Assembly: GCA_002923195.1 (NCBI GenBank)
Contig: BDTH01000074.1
Span: 9,081 to 73,080 of the forward strand
Length of the DNA stretch: 64,000 nt
Reading direction: 5' to 3'
From: a bacterium BMS3Abin15
GTDB lineage: Bacteria > Patescibacteriota > Minisyncoccia > Moranbacterales > 2-12-FULL-40-10
In this document: one piece after another, positions 46,566 through 56,829 of the stretch
Layout of the letters: each line of letters begins with the position of its first letter
How positions within the stretch are numbered: position 1 is the stretch's first letter
Program-made: the position numbers and the translations under genes
Notes under the pieces: model-generated
The model's input: the letters and a program-made list of their open reading frames with translations, nothing else
What the model was told of the DNA's origin: nothing
Databases searched by the model: none

Positions 46566-47855
46566 TTATAACCTCTCAAGATATCTAAATACTTCCTCAT
46601 TAGTAAGTATTCCTTTCACGTAATTATACAATCTGGCTGTATCAACATTCTTTTCTAAATCTTTTACATTCTTATACTGCTGAAGGGTCTTGTTCATCTC
46701 TTCTTCAATCTTATCACTAGAAGCTTTAATGTCCAATTCTTTGGCAATTTTTTCAAGTGCCATAGATGATTTTATTCTTTTTTCTGCTTGAGGAATCCAT
46801 TCCTTCTCAAGATCTTCCCGAGTTTTTTTCATTTTTTCTAAATAACCATCAATATCCATCCCCATGCCCTGAAGCTGCATTCCAAACTCTTCAACCATTT
46901 TATGCAATTCTGAGTGTATCAAGACTTCTGGAACATCAACTTTCATTGCCTCAATTAGTTTTTCTATAAATTCAGTCCGTTTTTGTTCTTTTTGCTTCTC
47001 TTCCTTTCCCTTGAGTAATCCGTCTTTAACACTATCCTTTAACTCCTCCAGATCTTTGAATTTACCTAGCGACTTGGCAAAGTCGTCATTAATTTCGGGA
47101 GTCTGCCTTTCCTGGACTAAATTTACTTTTACCTTGAATTCAGCAGGCTTACCAGCTAAATTCTTATCGTGGTACTTGTCGGGAAATTGAATCTCGAATT
47201 CTTTTTCTTCTTTTTCTTTCATTCCAATAATATTTTCCTCAAACCCGGGAATAAAAGCATTGGAACCCAAAACTAGTGGATGGTTTTTGCTAGATCCGTT
47301 CTCAATAGGAACGTTGTTTCGACTGACCTGGAAATCAATTTCTGCGCTGTCTCCCTTTTTGGCTTCACGATTAACGGTAACTAACTTAACACGACTGTTA
47401 GCTAATTTTTTTAACTCATTATCCATTTCCTCATTAGAAATTTCCGTTTTCTTGCTCTTATAATCTTTATTAATTTTTTCAATGTCTTTTTTCCATGGCG
47501 TCATTGTTATCTCCGGCATTACGGCAGTATTGGCTTTATATTCTAAATCGTTTCCTTCAGCCAATTTTAATATTTCTATCCTGGGAGATCCCATAGCATC
47601 TATTTTTTCTTTAGAAATGGCATCCTTATATGTCTTATTGATTGTCTCTTTGGCAGCCGCATCTAAGATAGTGTTCTTGCCGACTTTTTTCTCTATCATA
47701 CCTCTAGGAGCTTTTCCAGGACGAAATCCTTTTATTTTAATGTCCTTGGAAATTTTCGAAACTGCTTTACCAATAAAATCCTTCCATTCTTTCCAGGGAA
47801 CGGTAATTTTAATTTCCAATTCTGATTTTGGAAGTTTTTTAGTTTCAATATTCAT
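46566..47855 (-). CDS. tig: Trigger factor
   Basis: N-terminal ribosome-binding region, PPIase-like middle, C-terminal arm; 429 aa. Confidence 0.85.
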   Translation of the reverse strand: MNIETKKLPKSELEIKITVPWKEWKDFIGKAVSKISKDIKIKGFRPGKAPRGMIEKKVGKNTILDAAAKETINKTYKDAISKEKIDAMGSPRIEILKLAEGNDLEYKANTAVMPEITMTPWKKDIEKINKDYKSKKTEISNEEMDNELKKLANSRVKLVTVNREAKKGDSAEIDFQVSRNNVPIENGSSKNHPLVLGSNAFIPGFEENIIGMKEKEEKEFEIQFPDKYHDKNLAGKPAEFKVKVNLVQERQTPEINDDFAKSLGKFKDLEELKDSVKDGLLKGKEEKQKEQKRTEFIEKLIEAMKVDVPEVLIHSELHKMVEEFGMQLQGMGMDIDGYLEKMKKTREDLEKEWIPQAEKRIKSSMALEKIAKELDIKASSDKIEEEMNKTLQQYKNVKDLEKNVDTARLYNYVKGILTNEEVFRYLERL

Positions 47856-47864
47856 ATAATTTTC

Positions 47865-47898
47865 TACAAATTACAAATCTTGTTACAAATTTACAAAT
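47865..47898. repeat. Four tandem TACAAAT heptamers immediately upstream of tig
   Basis: tacaaat-tacaaat-cttgt-tacaaat-t-tacaaat. Confidence 0.6.
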
Positions 47899-48296
47899 TA
47901 TTTTTCTATATTTAACAAACGCATAAATTTTATACCATCAGAAGTAAAATTTGCAAGTATCGCTAATTTTAATCCCGTAGCTTTCAAGTATCCATTCACT
48001 TGATTGATATTTCTTTTAATAAAATAATTCCCTTTTTTAATTTCAAGAATAATCTTATCTTCGATTAAAAAGTCTAGAAAATATCTCCCGATTTCTTCTT
48101 TTTTGAATTTTATTTTAAATGGAACCTGCTTTTTAAATTTAATCTCTTTCTCTGTAAATGCTTTTTCTATTGCTTTACAATAATGTTTTTCCTGATAACC
48201 ATAATCCAGTTCGTTAAAAACATCAAACAACGATCCAACAATTCTATAGCTCAGTTGTTTATAGACTACCTTGTTATCAGTTTGTTTTTTCTTCAC
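47898..48296 (-). CDS. GxxExxY family protein (second copy in window), GTG start
   Basis: YKQLSYRIVGSLFDVFNELG...CKAIEKAFTEKEIKFKKQVPF. Confidence 0.7.
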   Translation of the reverse strand: MKKKQTDNKVVYKQLSYRIVGSLFDVFNELDYGYQEKHYCKAIEKAFTEKEIKFKKQVPFKIKFKKEEIGRYFLDFLIEDKIILEIKKGNYFIKRNINQVNGYLKATGLKLAILANFTSDGIKFMRLLNIEK

Positions 48297-48300
48297 CTTT

Positions 48301-48333
48301 ATTTGTATATTTGTATTTAATTCGTAATTTGTA
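48301..48333. repeat. Three ATTTGTA heptamers (+1 degenerate) upstream of the GxxExxY gene
   Basis: atttgtat-atttgta-tttaattcgta-atttgta. Confidence 0.55.
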
Positions 48334-48338
48334 GGAGG

Positions 48339-50339
48339 CTATATTATCAGCCCTGCTATTAGCAATGCTACAATGTTAATAATTTTAATCATCGGGTTAA
48401 TGGCCGGTCCAGCTGTATCCTTGTAAGGATCACCGACTGTATCACCGGTAACTGCCGCTTTATGAGCAAATGAACCCTTGCCTCCAAAGTTTCCCTCCTC
48501 AATATATTTCTTGGCATTATCCCAAGCTCCTCCTCCAGAAGTCATTGATATGGCTACAAAAATACCAGTAATAATTGATCCTACTAAAAGTCCGCCCAAA
48601 GCCTGTGGCCCTAAGAATACTCCTATAATTATAGGAGCCAGTACCGGAATTAAAGCAGGAACGATCATTTCTTTTATCGCTGATTTTGTCACGATATCAA
48701 CGCTGCTGGCATAATCCGGCTTAGTCGTCCCTTCCATAATTCCCTTAATCTCCCTGAACTGCCTTCTCACTTCCTCCACAACTGCGCCAGCTGTTTTGGA
48801 AACCGCCCGCATACTAATTGACGCGAAAAGATAAGGAATCATTCCACCAATAAACAGGCCGACTAAAACATTTACATCGTCTAGTCTGAAAATTGCATTT
48901 TCCATTCCTTTGTCGATAAGCTCCTGGATATAAGAAGCAAAGAGAACTATAGCAGCCAATCCGGCAGAAGCAATGGCGTAACCTTTTGTTACTGCTTTAG
49001 TTGTATTGCCGACAGAATCCAAAGCATCTGTAATTTCACGGACGGAATCATCCATTTTTGACATCTCAGCAATTCCGCCAGCATTGTCTGTAATCGGGCC
49101 AAATGCGTCAATGGCTACAATAATCCCAGCCATTGAAAGCATACTCATCGCTGCTACTGCTATTCCGTAAAGGCCGGCTAGCCAAAACGAGAGGAGTATG
49201 CCAGCTACAATGATTATAACAGGCAAGGCTGTTGATTCCATTCCCATTGCCAATCCCATAATAATATTAGTCCCATGACCGGTTTTCGAAGCCTTGGCTA
49301 TTTCTTTAACCGGCCGGTATTTTTTAGAGGTGTAATATTCAGTAATCAATACCATGCCGGCAGTGATAGCTATTCCGATAATAGAAGCAGCATATATTTT
49401 ATGAAAATCGTATAAGCCATTTCCTTCCATTATAATCTTGGTGATGGGATAGAAGGCAATCAAAGCAATGACTGACGAAGCAATAAGCCCTTTATAAAGC
49501 GCTCCCATTATATTTTTTGACGAACCCAATCTAACAAAGTAAATTCCCAGAATTGACGCTACGATTGAAACCGCTCCCAAAGCCAGCGGGTAAATAACAG
49601 CGTTGCTGAAAGCGGCGAAAGTAAAAGATCCCAAAAGCATGGCAGCAATAGCAGTTATGGCATAAGTTTCAAATAAATCAGCTGCCATCCCAGCGCAGTC
49701 TCCGACATTATCTCCCACGTTATCGGCAATAACAGCCGGGTTGCGGGGATCGTCTTCCGGAATACCGGCTTCCACTTTTCCAACCAGGTCGGCTCCTACA
49801 TCGGCCGCTTTGGTATAAATGCCTCCGCCTAGCCGGGCAAAAACGCTGATTAAGCTTCCGCCAAATCCCACTCCAATTAAAGCACTCAGATCTTTTCCTC
49901 CAGACAAAATATAAAATCCAGTCACTACCAAAAGTCCCAATCCGACTACCAGCAATCCAGTCACCGCTCCTCCTTCAAATGCAACTTTCAAAGCTTTTCC
50001 CAGTCCGCTTTTAGCCGCTTCAGCAGTACGAACATTAGCTCTAACTGCAATATTCATTCCGATATAACCGGCAATAGCCGAAGCTATAGCCCCGACCAGA
50101 AATCCTATCCCAGTGCTAAGCCCCAAGGTAAAATAAAGAATGGCAAAAATAATTAATGCTACATAAGCCACCGTTTTATATTGGCGATTCAGATAGGCTT
50201 TAGCTCCCTCACGGATAGCGTTAGAAATCTCAACCATTTTTCCTTCTCCCTCCGGATACTTTTTAACTTTCCGAGCGAGATAAAAAGCGAATGCTATTGA
50301 TATTAATGATGCGGCAATCGCGTATGCTTCTACTGACAT
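48339..50339 (-). CDS. hppA: Membrane-bound proton/sodium-translocating pyrophosphatase
   Basis: [27 protein letters not shown]. Confidence 0.9.
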   Translation of the reverse strand: MSVEAYAIAASLISIAFAFYLARKVKKYPEGEGKMVEISNAIREGAKAYLNRQYKTVAYVALIIFAILYFTLGLSTGIGFLVGAIASAIAGYIGMNIAVRANVRTAEAAKSGLGKALKVAFEGGAVTGLLVVGLGLLVVTGFYILSGGKDLSALIGVGFGGSLISVFARLGGGIYTKAADVGADLVGKVEAGIPEDDPRNPAVIADNVGDNVGDCAGMAADLFETYAITAIAAMLLGSFTFAAFSNAVIYPLALGAVSIVASILGIYFVRLGSSKNIMGALYKGLIASSVIALIAFYPITKIIMEGNGLYDFHKIYAASIIGIAITAGMVLITEYYTSKKYRPVKEIAKASKTGHGTNIIMGLAMGMESTALPVIIIVAGILLSFWLAGLYGIAVAAMSMLSMAGIIVAIDAFGPITDNAGGIAEMSKMDDSVREITDALDSVGNTTKAVTKGYAIASAGLAAIVLFASYIQELIDKGMENAIFRLDDVNVLVGLFIGGMIPYLFASISMRAVSKTAGAVVEEVRRQFREIKGIMEGTTKPDYASSVDIVTKSAIKEMIVPALIPVLAPIIIGVFLGPQALGGLLVGSIITGIFVAISMTSGGGAWDNAKKYIEEGNFGGKGSFAHKAAVTGDTVGDPYKDTAGPAINPMIKIINIVALLIAGLII

Positions 50340-50371
50340 AGATTCTTATCGTTTAATTATTAGAAAGCTTA

Positions 50372-51793
50372 TTATTCATCTTCTTTTTTAGGATCTTTCT
50401 TTTTACCTGCCCCGCTGTCATCTTTGGATGATTTTGCGGGGTCTTTTTTGGCAGTTTCTTTTTTTACTTCTTTCTTACTTTCCTTTTTGACATCTTTTTC
50501 TTTTTCATCTGCCTCGTTGGCATCGCTAGATGATTTTTCGGGGTCCTTGTCCCTTTTGCCTTCTTTGTCTTCGTCTTCTTCTTTACTAGCACCAGAAACA
50601 TTTATTTTCCACCCGGTAAGCTTAGCAGCTAAACGCACATTCTGACCTTGTTTTCCAATAGCTAAAGACAGCTGGTCATCCGGCACCGAAACTTCTGACT
50701 CCCTTTCTTTTTCCCTTAGTTCCACAGAAAGAACCTTAGCCGGACTCAAAGAAGCACTGATAAACTTTTCCACATCTTCACTCCATTCAATTATATCTAT
50801 TTTTTCTCCTCCAATCTCGTCAATAACCGCTTGCACACGAGTTCCTTTTTGGCCGACACAAGACCCAATTGGATCTATGCCATTTTCCGTAGAAGCCACG
50901 GCTATCTTAGTTCGAAATCCTGCTTCCCTGGCAATAGCTTTTATTTCCACAGTCCCGGCAAAAATTTCAGGGACTTCCAGTTCAAAAAGTTTGCGCACCA
51001 TTTCCGGATGAGTACGGCTTAGAGATATGCCTGGCCCCTTGGGATCGGATTCCACCCTCATTATATGAACTTTAACTCGTTGTCCTATTCTATAATTCTC
51101 ACCCCTTATTTGTTCTGAAGGAAAGAGAACGCCCACTGATTTACCCAAATCAACAAAAACATTGCGTCCCTCTACTCGCTGAACAACTCCACTGATTACT
51201 TCTCCTTCTTTTTCTTTATATTCCTCAAACATTGAATCGCGTTCTGCTTCTCGGATGCGCTGAATTATAACTTGTTTGGCAGTCTGAGCAGCTACTCGTC
51301 CGTAATCTTCCTTGGATTCCAGTTTAGTTTCAATCACATCTCCAAGTTTAATGCTTTTCTTAGTTTTTTTGGCATCTTCCAGTGTGATGTCTCGTTCCAG
51401 ATTAAAACGCGGGAGTTTTTCCTCGTCACCTTCACTTTCTTTTGAGGGTTCTTTCTTTTGTCTAACGCGTTCTGCGGTCGGACCTCTGTCTTCGCTTTCA
51501 GCGAGCGCCTGAGCTTCCTCCTCTGGATCAACAAATTCTCGAGTAGATTCATCCACTACTTCTTTAACTAAATAAAACTTAGTATCTCCTGATACTTCAT
51601 TAAATTCGGCCCTGATGTTCTGGCCCTTTTTGCCATAATCTTTCTTATAAGCAGCCGCTAAAGCTATTTCTATTGTTTCAATGACCTTTTCTTTAGAGAT
51701 TCCTTTTTCGTCAGCTATTTGCATGATAGCACTAGCAAACTCACCCATGCGCATGCTGGAATCTTGATCATTTGTTTTTTTCTTTTTTGCCAT
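50372..51793 (-). CDS. nusA: Transcription termination/antitermination factor NusA with K/E/D-rich C-terminal tail
   Basis: N-terminal NusA domain, S1, tandem KH (GSCVGQKGTRVQ; LAIGKQGQNVRLA). Confidence 0.85.
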   Translation of the reverse strand: MAKKKKTNDQDSSMRMGEFASAIMQIADEKGISKEKVIETIEIALAAAYKKDYGKKGQNIRAEFNEVSGDTKFYLVKEVVDESTREFVDPEEEAQALAESEDRGPTAERVRQKKEPSKESEGDEEKLPRFNLERDITLEDAKKTKKSIKLGDVIETKLESKEDYGRVAAQTAKQVIIQRIREAERDSMFEEYKEKEGEVISGVVQRVEGRNVFVDLGKSVGVLFPSEQIRGENYRIGQRVKVHIMRVESDPKGPGISLSRTHPEMVRKLFELEVPEIFAGTVEIKAIAREAGFRTKIAVASTENGIDPIGSCVGQKGTRVQAVIDEIGGEKIDIIEWSEDVEKFISASLSPAKVLSVELREKERESEVSVPDDQLSLAIGKQGQNVRLAAKLTGWKINVSGASKEEDEDKEGKRDKDPEKSSSDANEADEKEKDVKKESKKEVKKETAKKDPAKSSKDDSGAGKKKDPKKEDE

Positions 51794-52287
51794 AATTGTC
51801 TACGAGTTGTGCGAGTAGCTACCCGCATCAATTCTCTTATTAAGTTTTGATTAATATATGACTAAACCGCATCCCGTTTCGCCGTGGCGGGAGAATTTAG
51901 TGCGAGGTCGCCAATAAAATATATATCTAATTAATTGTATTAAAAATAAAAGTCCGCTTTCGCGAACTGTCATTAACTGTATTACATTATGATTATAGCA
52001 AGCTACATAATTTTGTCAATTATGCAGTAAAATAATGCTTTTGAACACAGGGATTGCGCGGCTCAATCGAACGATTGAGCCGCAAAATAAGCTCCATTTT
52101 AGACATTTCCAGCTATTTGACACATTTCCCGTTTTATGCTAATATTGAGCGTTGCTAGTTGTACTAGTAATGAAGGTCAAAAATGGGCCTTCGGCCCTTT
52201 AAAAATTCACCCCGTGATTTCATTTTTATGAAATTCTTACGGGGCTAAATAAATTCAAAATTGCCAATACGGCAGAAGGAGGAGAAA

Positions 52288-53364
52288 ATGCTTAAAGGAT
52301 TAGGTAATTTACTGAAAGGATTTTTTACCAAGCCTGAGAAAACTTCCGGGTCCGCAAAATCTGCTGAAAAGAAAGCGGAAGAAGAGAAGAAAAAATACGA
52401 TGTAGGTAAGATACCCAGATGGCTGAAAGACTTAGGATACATAGTTTTCCTAGGCGGATCACTACTGTTCGTTATTCTGGGATCAATAATTGGACATATC
52501 TTTGAATATGCCAGTGAAGGTGCCGTGTCAGGATTGATTCTGTGGAGCTCTATCTATATAGCTCTCGGAATTGATATAGTTCCCCAAAAAATGTCCCGCG
52601 TGTACGAACGATTTGGCAAACCGGTAAAAATTAACCGTGCGGGTCCTCACCTAACATGCCTCAAGGGAATTATTGACAAGTTAGCAGTAGAAGTGTCGCA
52701 CCAGTATCATGTAACTAATCTCTTTACTGGGAAGGAGGGAGATCCGTCTCCCAAGATAGATTTTGCAGAAGGTACTACCGCTAAAATATGCGCCGAAACT
52801 TGGTGGAGAGTAGAGGATACTATTGATTCGATTTTGAGATTCGCATACGAAGTTTCAGATCCGGAGGGATTTATCCGCCAACAGTTTGATACACTTATAA
52901 GACCACACTTACAAAAACATTCTGCCGATGAAGCACAGCTTCAGAAAAATGAAATTGCCAGCAAAATAATAGAAGAACTTTCACCAAGAATAGCTGAACT
53001 TACAGGTATTGAGCTCGAGCCGATAAAGGGACTATTGATAAGAGATATTGAACTTCCTGAAAAAGTAGTAAACCAGAGATTTAAACGACTTGAGGGAACA
53101 ACAGAGGCTGAGAAAGACATACATCGTGGCAAAGGATATATAAATGCGATCCTGGCTATCAAAGAAGCAGCTAAAAAAGATGGGACAGATATTGACCTTG
53201 GTCAAGCTCAGAGAATATTTGAGCGCCAACGTGGTTTAGAAACCATTGAAAAAACAGGTGCTAATGTAACTTTCATCTCACCGGGTATTGGCGGCGTGTT
53301 AAAGACACTTGATATTGCACCTGAGAGAAAATACGACAAAAAAAGAAAGGAGAAAACGGCATGA
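52288..53364 (+). CDS. SPFH/band-7 (stomatin/prohibitin-like) membrane protein; ORF-track ORF begins at TTG 52261, but RBS favours ATG 52288
   Basis: AGGAGG RBS 7 nt upstream; TM then SPFH-like core (VPQKMSRVYERFGK...). Confidence 0.75.
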   Translation: MLKGLGNLLKGFFTKPEKTSGSAKSAEKKAEEEKKKYDVGKIPRWLKDLGYIVFLGGSLLFVILGSIIGHIFEYASEGAVSGLILWSSIYIALGIDIVPQKMSRVYERFGKPVKINRAGPHLTCLKGIIDKLAVEVSHQYHVTNLFTGKEGDPSPKIDFAEGTTAKICAETWWRVEDTIDSILRFAYEVSDPEGFIRQQFDTLIRPHLQKHSADEAQLQKNEIASKIIEELSPRIAELTGIELEPIKGLLIRDIELPEKVVNQRFKRLEGTTEAEKDIHRGKGYINAILAIKEAAKKDGTDIDLGQAQRIFERQRGLETIEKTGANVTFISPGIGGVLKTLDIAPERKYDKKRKEKTA

Positions 53365-53996
53365 ACGGATTAATTATTGTTGCGGCGTCACTGGTTATAG
53401 GCACGACAATTATCATTGTATCCGTGCTACGCCAAACAAGAAGCAAGAAGGTACCGGTAACTGAACTTAAGGATAAGTCCGTAGAAACCTCAGCTAAGAC
53501 TGACTCTTCAGCTAAGAAAAAGTTTTCATGGGCTTTCTTGGGAAAGTCCTGGGGAACAATTAAGGGGCTGACTATAGCAACGGTGATTATTGTCGCGATA
53601 ACTTTCCTGATCATTCTGCCTGTACACTCCTCGCTGACCAAGACCAAGATAGTTTCTTATTATCCTGCCGCAGGCACCCAAACGGTCTGTATTGGAAAGG
53701 AAAGTCAAAAAGTACATGTCAAAGTGGGAATAACCTACTATGAAATTCCCAGACTTGGCAGAACGTTAAAAAACAGAATGTCGGTTTCCACACTGGGAGA
53801 GTGGCCAAATTCAGAGACGAAGAAACTTTTACCCGTTAAGCATCGCAAATACGGGGAAGTATTGGTAAGCAGTCAGCCCAACAACTCCATAGTGAAGCTG
53901 GATTCTGATGGCTGCATCGAAGTTAAACTTAATCTTCCCGAGATGGTAAAAACTATCAGAGGAAGTAAAACAAGACTGCAATTTACAAAATTGTAA
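53361..53996 (+). CDS. Hypothetical membrane protein translationally coupled (ATGA overlap) to the SPFH gene; possible NfeD-like partner
   Basis: 4-nt overlap; N-terminal TMs + beta-rich C-terminal domain. Confidence 0.5.
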   Translation: MNGLIIVAASLVIGTTIIIVSVLRQTRSKKVPVTELKDKSVETSAKTDSSAKKKFSWAFLGKSWGTIKGLTIATVIIVAITFLIILPVHSSLTKTKIVSYYPAAGTQTVCIGKESQKVHVKVGITYYEIPRLGRTLKNRMSVSTLGEWPNSETKKLLPVKHRKYGEVLVSSQPNNSIVKLDSDGCIEVKLNLPEMVKTIRGSKTRLQFTKL

Positions 53997-54006
53997 GACA
54001 CAAAAA

Positions 54007-54040
54007 GAGGCGTATTCAATTGAATACGCCTCTTAAATTT
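54007..54040. terminator. Perfect 14-bp hairpin terminator (agaggcgtattcaa/ttgaatacgcctct), bidirectional
   Basis: Palindrome flanked by A/T runs. Confidence 0.7.
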
Positions 54041-54060
54041 GTTAAATAAAGTTATTCTGG

Positions 54061-54924
54061 CTAACCAGAAACAAAGAACGTAGCAACCTGACTGACAATT
54101 ACCAACGCGGCCATAGCAATTATAATCCCAATAACAGACCATTTGAAAATATTTTTCCCTTTAGTTATTCTTTCTTCATCTCCGGCCGATGTAAGATACA
54201 TTATTCCGCCTACTACCAACATTATAAGGGCCAGTATCCCTACAATAGAAAGGAGGAACTGAAGGGTACTAAGCGCTATTACGGCTAAAGTAGGCGACGT
54301 GGTTAAGACATCAATGCACTGCTGTTGAGCAATAGGGTCCGTGATAGACTGGCAGGCTTCCATTTTACTTGCATCGTCCCATCCTATAATATCCGAGACT
54401 TCATGCAGGAATGATGGGGCAGCTATTCCAATTGCCAGACCGATTACTGAAGCAGTAATAGCTTTCTTAGCCATTTCCATTCGTTTTTCATTTCCAGCGG
54501 AAGTTATGTAAAAAATTGCTCCGACTATGATAAATATAACAGAAACAACCACGATTATGCCCTGCAGGGCATTTAGTAAGCTAGCTAGTACTCCTTCCAC
54601 AGTGCTGAATTTTAATGGATTAGGAAAATCAATCGGGGCGGTAGCTCCTGTGCCAGGATCAGTGACTAGAACGCAACATTTTACACCAAGATCACAAGTT
54701 ATTGTAGGACTTGACCCCCTATCACTAAACCTTGAGCAATCACCCCCAACACCGCATAGTCCGTTAGCAGCAATACATTCAGTAGTAGTGGCTTTGGTTG
54801 CGGGAGCACCTACGAAAAAAAGCAAAAAAACAGACAATAGAAAGGTGGCTGCTAAAAATTTTTTAGAAAACAAAAGAGATTTTTTCATAAAACTTCTATT
54901 AAAAATACGGAGTGCTTGCATCAA
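54061..54924 (-). CDS. TrbC/VirB2-like 'T4SS pilin' family protein with two tandem pilin modules
   Basis: Signal peptide; Cys-rich variable region; modules with IFYITSAGNEKRMEMAKKAI and IMYLTSAGDEERITKGKNIF loops between hydrophobic helices. Confidence 0.65.
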   Translation of the reverse strand: MMQALRIFNRSFMKKSLLFSKKFLAATFLLSVFLLFFVGAPATKATTTECIAANGLCGVGGDCSRFSDRGSSPTITCDLGVKCCVLVTDPGTGATAPIDFPNPLKFSTVEGVLASLLNALQGIIVVVSVIFIIVGAIFYITSAGNEKRMEMAKKAITASVIGLAIGIAAPSFLHEVSDIIGWDDASKMEACQSITDPIAQQQCIDVLTTSPTLAVIALSTLQFLLSIVGILALIMLVVGGIMYLTSAGDEERITKGKNIFKWSVIGIIIAMAALVIVSQVATFFVSG

Positions 54925-55348
54925 GCGCTTCGGTAATGGCCCATATTATCACCAAGCCGGAAATACCCACAATTACTCCGATTACTGACCATCTCATATT
55001 TCTTTTGGCTGTTTCAATCATTTTTTCATCCCCAGCTGAAGTCAGATACTGAATTCCGGAAATTACAAAGGCGATTATGGCAATAAACCCGAATATCCCC
55101 AAGACCCAGGATAGAAAGTTAGCCATAATATCGATAACAGGTGCTTCAGATAGTCCGGTTTCTGTAGGAAAACATACACCTGCCTCCTTTTCAAAGCTAT
55201 CTGGACATTCACTAGCGCCAGGATTAGTAATCTGTGCATTTGCTAAATTAGAGAAGAATAAAACGCCAGAAAAAATCAGTATGACAGCAATGATAAAAAA
55301 TTTTGATTTATTGCTTGTTTTAGTTTTTGTTTTCATGATAATTAACAA
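54899..55348 (-). CDS. TrbC/VirB2-like T4SS-pilin family protein
   Basis: IQYLTSAGDEKMIETAKRNMRWSVIG between two hydrophobic helices; signal peptide. Confidence 0.65.
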   Translation of the reverse strand: MLIIMKTKTKTSNKSKFFIIAVILIFSGVLFFSNLANAQITNPGASECPDSFEKEAGVCFPTETGLSEAPVIDIMANFLSWVLGIFGFIAIIAFVISGIQYLTSAGDEKMIETAKRNMRWSVIGVIVGISGLVIIWAITEALDASTPYF

Positions 55349-55356
55349 GTTAATAT

Positions 55357-55749
55357 TTAGCAGATTTTAACAAACGGCAGTATATAAAAGCACCCATCTA
55401 GTAGGGCGGTAACCTCCTGGAGTATAATCAGGCCGGCAAGAGCTGTGATTACTCCATATATTGACCATTTCATATTTCTTTTGGCTGTTTCAATTGCAGT
55501 TTCATTGCCAGCTGAAGTCAGATACTGGATACCAGAAATAGAAAAAGCAATTATGGCTATTATGCCTATTATGGAAAGTATCCACATCATAATCTTTTCA
55601 ACTATGTCATAAATTCTCCCTTCGGGAAGACCGTAATTCCCATAGTTGGCCGGATCCCATGCTTCTCCCTGAGCCTGCACAACACACATCCCAACAAAAA
55701 ACAGAAGGATGATAGTAAAAACCAATAATGTTAAGCGTGACTTGTTCAT
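55357..55749 (-). CDS. TrbC/VirB2-like T4SS-pilin family protein
   Basis: IQYLTSAGNETAIETAKRNMKWSIYG. Confidence 0.65.
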   Translation of the reverse strand: MNKSRLTLLVFTIILLFFVGMCVVQAQGEAWDPANYGNYGLPEGRIYDIVEKIMMWILSIIGIIAIIAFSISGIQYLTSAGNETAIETAKRNMKWSIYGVITALAGLIILQEVTALLDGCFYILPFVKIC

Positions 55750-55919
55750 TTTACTTTTAAGAAATTTATTGATGTTTATATTATATCACACCTAATCTTA
55801 TATAAAAACACTGTGTGGATAACTGCGCCCTTACACATAATAGAGAAGTAAAAAAGTAAAAACGACTCAAATAAAGAGCCGCTTTTACCCTGAAAATTTT
55901 ATTAAAGTCAGTATAAAAA

Positions 55920-56294
55920 CTAGAATGTGGTTTCGCCTCCTCCAAGCCATGCATTAACAGCTTGTAATATCACTAAGCCTACTAATGCCACTATTACACC
56001 GATAATTGACATTATCATTGCTTTCTTAGCCTGACTGACTCTATCTTCATTTCCCGCTGCAGTTAGATACAAGATTCCCGCGATTGCAAAACCGATAACT
56101 CCGATAACTCCGACTAAGGCCAACAGCCATTTCATCAAATTACTAATGATATTGAAGACGGTACCTCCAGGAAGATTGGTATTATCTGGAGCAGCATACT
56201 GTGCCAAAACTACTACTGGAGCCAGCAACAGTCCTGAAGAAACAGTATAGGCAATTTTTTTGATTTTGTTTTTCATCATCCCACCTCCTTTCAA
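55920..56294 (-). CDS. TrbC/VirB2-like T4SS-pilin family protein
   Basis: ILYLTAAGNEDRVSQAKKAMIMSIIG. Confidence 0.65.
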   Translation of the reverse strand: MKGGGMMKNKIKKIAYTVSSGLLLAPVVVLAQYAAPDNTNLPGGTVFNIISNLMKWLLALVGVIGVIGFAIAGILYLTAAGNEDRVSQAKKAMIMSIIGVIVALVGLVILQAVNAWLGGGETTF

Positions 56295-56377
56295 CAGGAA
56301 AGTTAATTAAAACTTATCCCTTACTTTTGTTTTATTAACGAGTACTACAATTTATGCAATTATTATAATCCCTCTCC

Positions 56378-56460
56378 TACAAATGTACAAATACGCTACA
56401 AATATACAAATGTGAAACACTGGCTATATTTGTTATTTGTGGATTTGTAAAAGATTTGTA
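56378..56460. repeat. Palindromic array of heptamers: 4x TACAAAT, 20-nt spacer, 4x ATTTGT(A/G/T), upstream of the pilin-like gene
   Basis: tacaaatgtacaaatacgctacaaatatacaaat ... atttgttatttgtggatttgtaaaagatttgta. Confidence 0.6.
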
Positions 56461-56534
56461 AATTCGCGGGAAGCCTATATTTTTAAGTATGAAAACACGC
56501 AATCATTATTTTCATTATAACACATACAAAAAGT

Positions 56535-56804
56535 CTAGGAAATAAAGTTAGCCACAGTTCTTACTATTATTAAAACTGCAAAAATGACAACGGTTCCAAT
56601 TATAAAATAAGTAAAAGATTTTTTGGCTTTTTCCATCATGGACTCATTGCCGCCAGCTGTCAGATACATAATTCCCGATAATAAGGACATTATTATAGCA
56701 ATAATTCCCACCACTGTTAAAAGAAAATTGAAAAATCTAAGAAGGACTTCGGCCAAACTTGGAGCGTCCGATATAACACCAGCCTGGGCAACTTCGTAAA
56801 ACAT
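56535..56804 (-). CDS. TrbC/VirB2-like T4SS-pilin family protein (shortest paralog, 89 aa)
   Basis: IMYLTAGGNESMMEKAKKSFTYFIIG. Confidence 0.6.
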   Translation of the reverse strand: MFYEVAQAGVISDAPSLAEVLLRFFNFLLTVVGIIAIIMSLLSGIMYLTAGGNESMMEKAKKSFTYFIIGTVVIFAVLIIVRTVANFIS

Positions 56805-56829
56805 AATTCGATATTAAATGTTTTGATTA

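Noticed and set aside
56378-56460. Heptamer arrays considered as a possible CRISPR array
   Set aside because: Repeat unit is only 7 bp with 0-4-bp spacers. CRISPR repeats are 24-48 bp with similar-length unique spacers; there is no leader or cas operon.
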